A stretch of 64,000 nucleotides of DNA from Sphyrna mokarran (lineage: Eukaryota), in the NCBI GenBank assembly GCA_024679065.1, contig JAGIQG010000013.1:49104001-49168000 (forward strand), given 5' to 3'. Shown here piece by piece: positions 61,423 to 64,000 of the stretch. The notes below the pieces were generated by a model that made no database searches, was not told the origin of the DNA, and saw nothing but the letters and a program-made list of their open reading frames with translations. The stretch's first letter is position 1. Every line of letters starts with the position of its first letter. The translations under genes and the position numbers were made by a program.

Positions 61423-64000
61423 GGATCGGGATACGAGGAGAATGTGTGTTAACCCCACACACTGGAGCGGGCTGGGTGTCAAGCCGCGAGCCCGGTCCCG
61501 GCAGATCCTATATTCCAATGAGTACAACACTGTGAAAAAGGTTTAATATTCGTTTATTTGCAGGGGCGAGGGAGAATTGAATATGCACACGGATTTGCCC
61601 GAGAGAGAAGTGGGAACATGATGCTGCTCTGTGCTACTCTCTGAGCTCTGATTGCTCCTTTCTGTAAACGAATAAAATTGACGTAAATGCACCGAGTCGG
61701 CGATTAAAAGTGCCAGATATGTTAATACAAAGTGCCGTTATTAACACTCATAATTAACTCCTCGCTTGTAATCGAATGTGTCAGTCTTACACAACACAAG
61801 TAAAGGCAGATACAAGCTAATGACGCTGGAACCAATGGGTGCTGATTGTTTGATTATTACCCCATATTGAAAATATTTTTAAAGAGCTAAATTCCTTCGA
61901 GAATAAGTGCGAGGAACATATGTTGTGGCTGGTAACCATTGCTGCTGGAATATTTAGTCAACAGTTCTTTGCCACCTCTCCTTAGCTGTATGTTCAGCAG
62001 TGTATTTATCTTTGTATGTTTGTATACAGTTAGCCGCCTCAAAGCTGTACTGTGAACGGGAAATCTCCCAAACGACTTTGGTTAGATTCCCTCCACCTCT
62101 TCAAGCGCCCCTTTACCAAGATTCTCACCCCATTCCAATACAACTCCAAAGAGACAGCGCGAGAGATTTATTTATTTCTTTTAACTGTTCTAGCGATTGA
62201 GCTAACGAGAGAATAGTGGAATGTAGACGGTGTCACAATTATTCTATCACATGAAGCAAATGACAAACAAAGGAGAATTTGTTTATTCCGTTTTGATAAT
62301 TAAACCGGTGGAGGTTAATATGAAACATAGACACAGACGGTCAGGAGTTAACAGCAGAGGAGAGCAATGTTAAGAACAATTAATGAATTTAGAAAACAAG
62401 GCGACGGAGTTACAATAAACTAGAAGCAGGAATGGGCTGCGAGTTCGCACTAATATTTGCTGAAAATTATTAATAATGCCCAAGAGGTTGATTTTGCTAA
62501 ACAGCTTCCCGGTTTTGTTTTATTTATCGATGGCGGCATGACGATACATTGGATCTCGATTCACCTTCGCTCCAAATGTGTGACCTGAATCGGTCTTGGA
62601 ATAAAAATATGTTTAAAAAAGCCCAGCAAGAAATCTAGAGGTTCATTTGCATGGCTGCGGCCTGTTTTTCAAACGCCTTATCATGCATCCGTAATCGATA
62701 CATCTATTATGAGTGCACCCAAATGAGAGACTGCCGGTGTGAGCAAACAATCTAAAGTGTGGATGAACACAGGTACAGAGGAATTGTGAAAGGCGACATT
62801 CATAAATGCTCCCTATGTCTAGGGTGACTCAGAGTTGGATAGGAGCCGTGTAACCATTGATTGATCCACTGTCTTCAGCTAATATGTATTTATCATCACT
62901 GCTTAAAATTTGAAATATTCCCCCCCACCCCCAAACCATTTCCCAAGGTCAATGTTCACTCTAAGCACGAGTCTGCACCAAGTTATAACATTCTACTGTT
63001 GTAGAATTCAGAATCTCAGGGACACGAACGTGATACGACCGAAAAGTACAGGATATGATTATTACTGTCCATTACTATTGAGGAAGAGTTTCTATTCAAT
63101 TTCTCCAAGTGAAATTATATTCTCCACTCCCTTCGGTTCCTGTGGGTGCCTTTTGGCATTGAGACACCTAAGCCTTGTATTTGTTTCAATGAATGATGCC
63201 ACTTCAGTCGTTTAGTAACGTATGAATTTCGTACGGGTATTTGAAAAAAGCCTAATTCTGCTCTACCCCACAAAAGCGTACGAGCTCAGTAACTCAGGTT
63301 ACAAGGCGATTAGCTGATGTTCCAACTGATGTGTTTGTTGCTCAGGTACAGAGGCTGAAGGGTACTTCTTCAAACTTCCTAGTTACGAAAGTGCTGAAAT
63401 TCAAGCATCACTTAAGGCAGCGACACACAACGGTATATTGGAAATAGAAACAATATTAAATTGTGCACCCCTATAGGCATCAAGCAAACGCGAACCAGTA
63501 AAATAAATGCAGCAGATCTTCATTTGCGATTGTTGTATTATATATAGCTATATTATATATATTATTATATATACGTTCGCAATGATTATTTAAACTCTTA
63601 GTAGAAAACGGCAACATTGCATCCCCACCCTAGATTGTTCCCTGTCAGTACAGTTGATGCGTACAGCTGGAAACTCAGTGTATTGTCGAAACTACCACGA
63701 AATGTTGAACAGATTGCTGGCAGAAGTGGCCACTGACAAAAAATTTTGTCAGAGTTTTTCATTCTGACAAAAATGAAAAAAAAAGTTAAAATGACAAAAC
63801 TTGCTCTTCACGTTTTAACTTACATAACAAATTATTTAAAACGGAAAGGGGGAAATACGAAAGGAGAGACTCTTGCACCAACAATCACCACTTTTTCCTA
63901 CACACGTATATAGGTACTGTGTTGTTGAATGTATATTATTAATATAAAATAAAGATAGAAACGGAAAATAATTGCGTTTTCTTAAAAAAAAGCATCAGAA

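Overview
Vertebrate, most likely elasmobranch (shark), genomic DNA covering the conserved POLA1-ARX tail-to-tail locus. The shark assignment rests on the SINE, CR1 and Penelope repeat families. The terminal coding exon of POLA1 lies on the + strand at 26013-26164, and 1-26012 appears to be its last intron. A complete five-exon ARX (aristaless related homeobox) gene lies on the - strand, with CDS from 59092 down to 50075, all introns GT-AG, 1359 nt and 452 aa. It encodes the octapeptide, NLS, Q50 paired-type homeodomain and OAR domain. Bases 1-43.5 kb are dense in decayed retroelements (CR1, L2, Rex1/Babar, tRNA-SINEs, Deu-SINEs, Penelope-derived hairpins, MITE-like elements), interspersed with unique homeobox-site-rich blocks that are candidates for the known ARX ultraconserved enhancers. 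From about 43.5 kb to the end the sequence is CpG-richer and transposon-poor. The most notable oddities are an identical 186-bp non-tandem duplication in ARX intron 4, TSD-flanked fold-back mini-elements nested in LINEs, an ARX with only the fourth polyalanine tract (12 Ala), and an out-of-frame upstream ATG whose ORF overlaps the ARX start. I found no convincing wholly novel protein-coding system. Repeat and enhancer boundaries are approximate, and family names come from motif recognition, not database searches.
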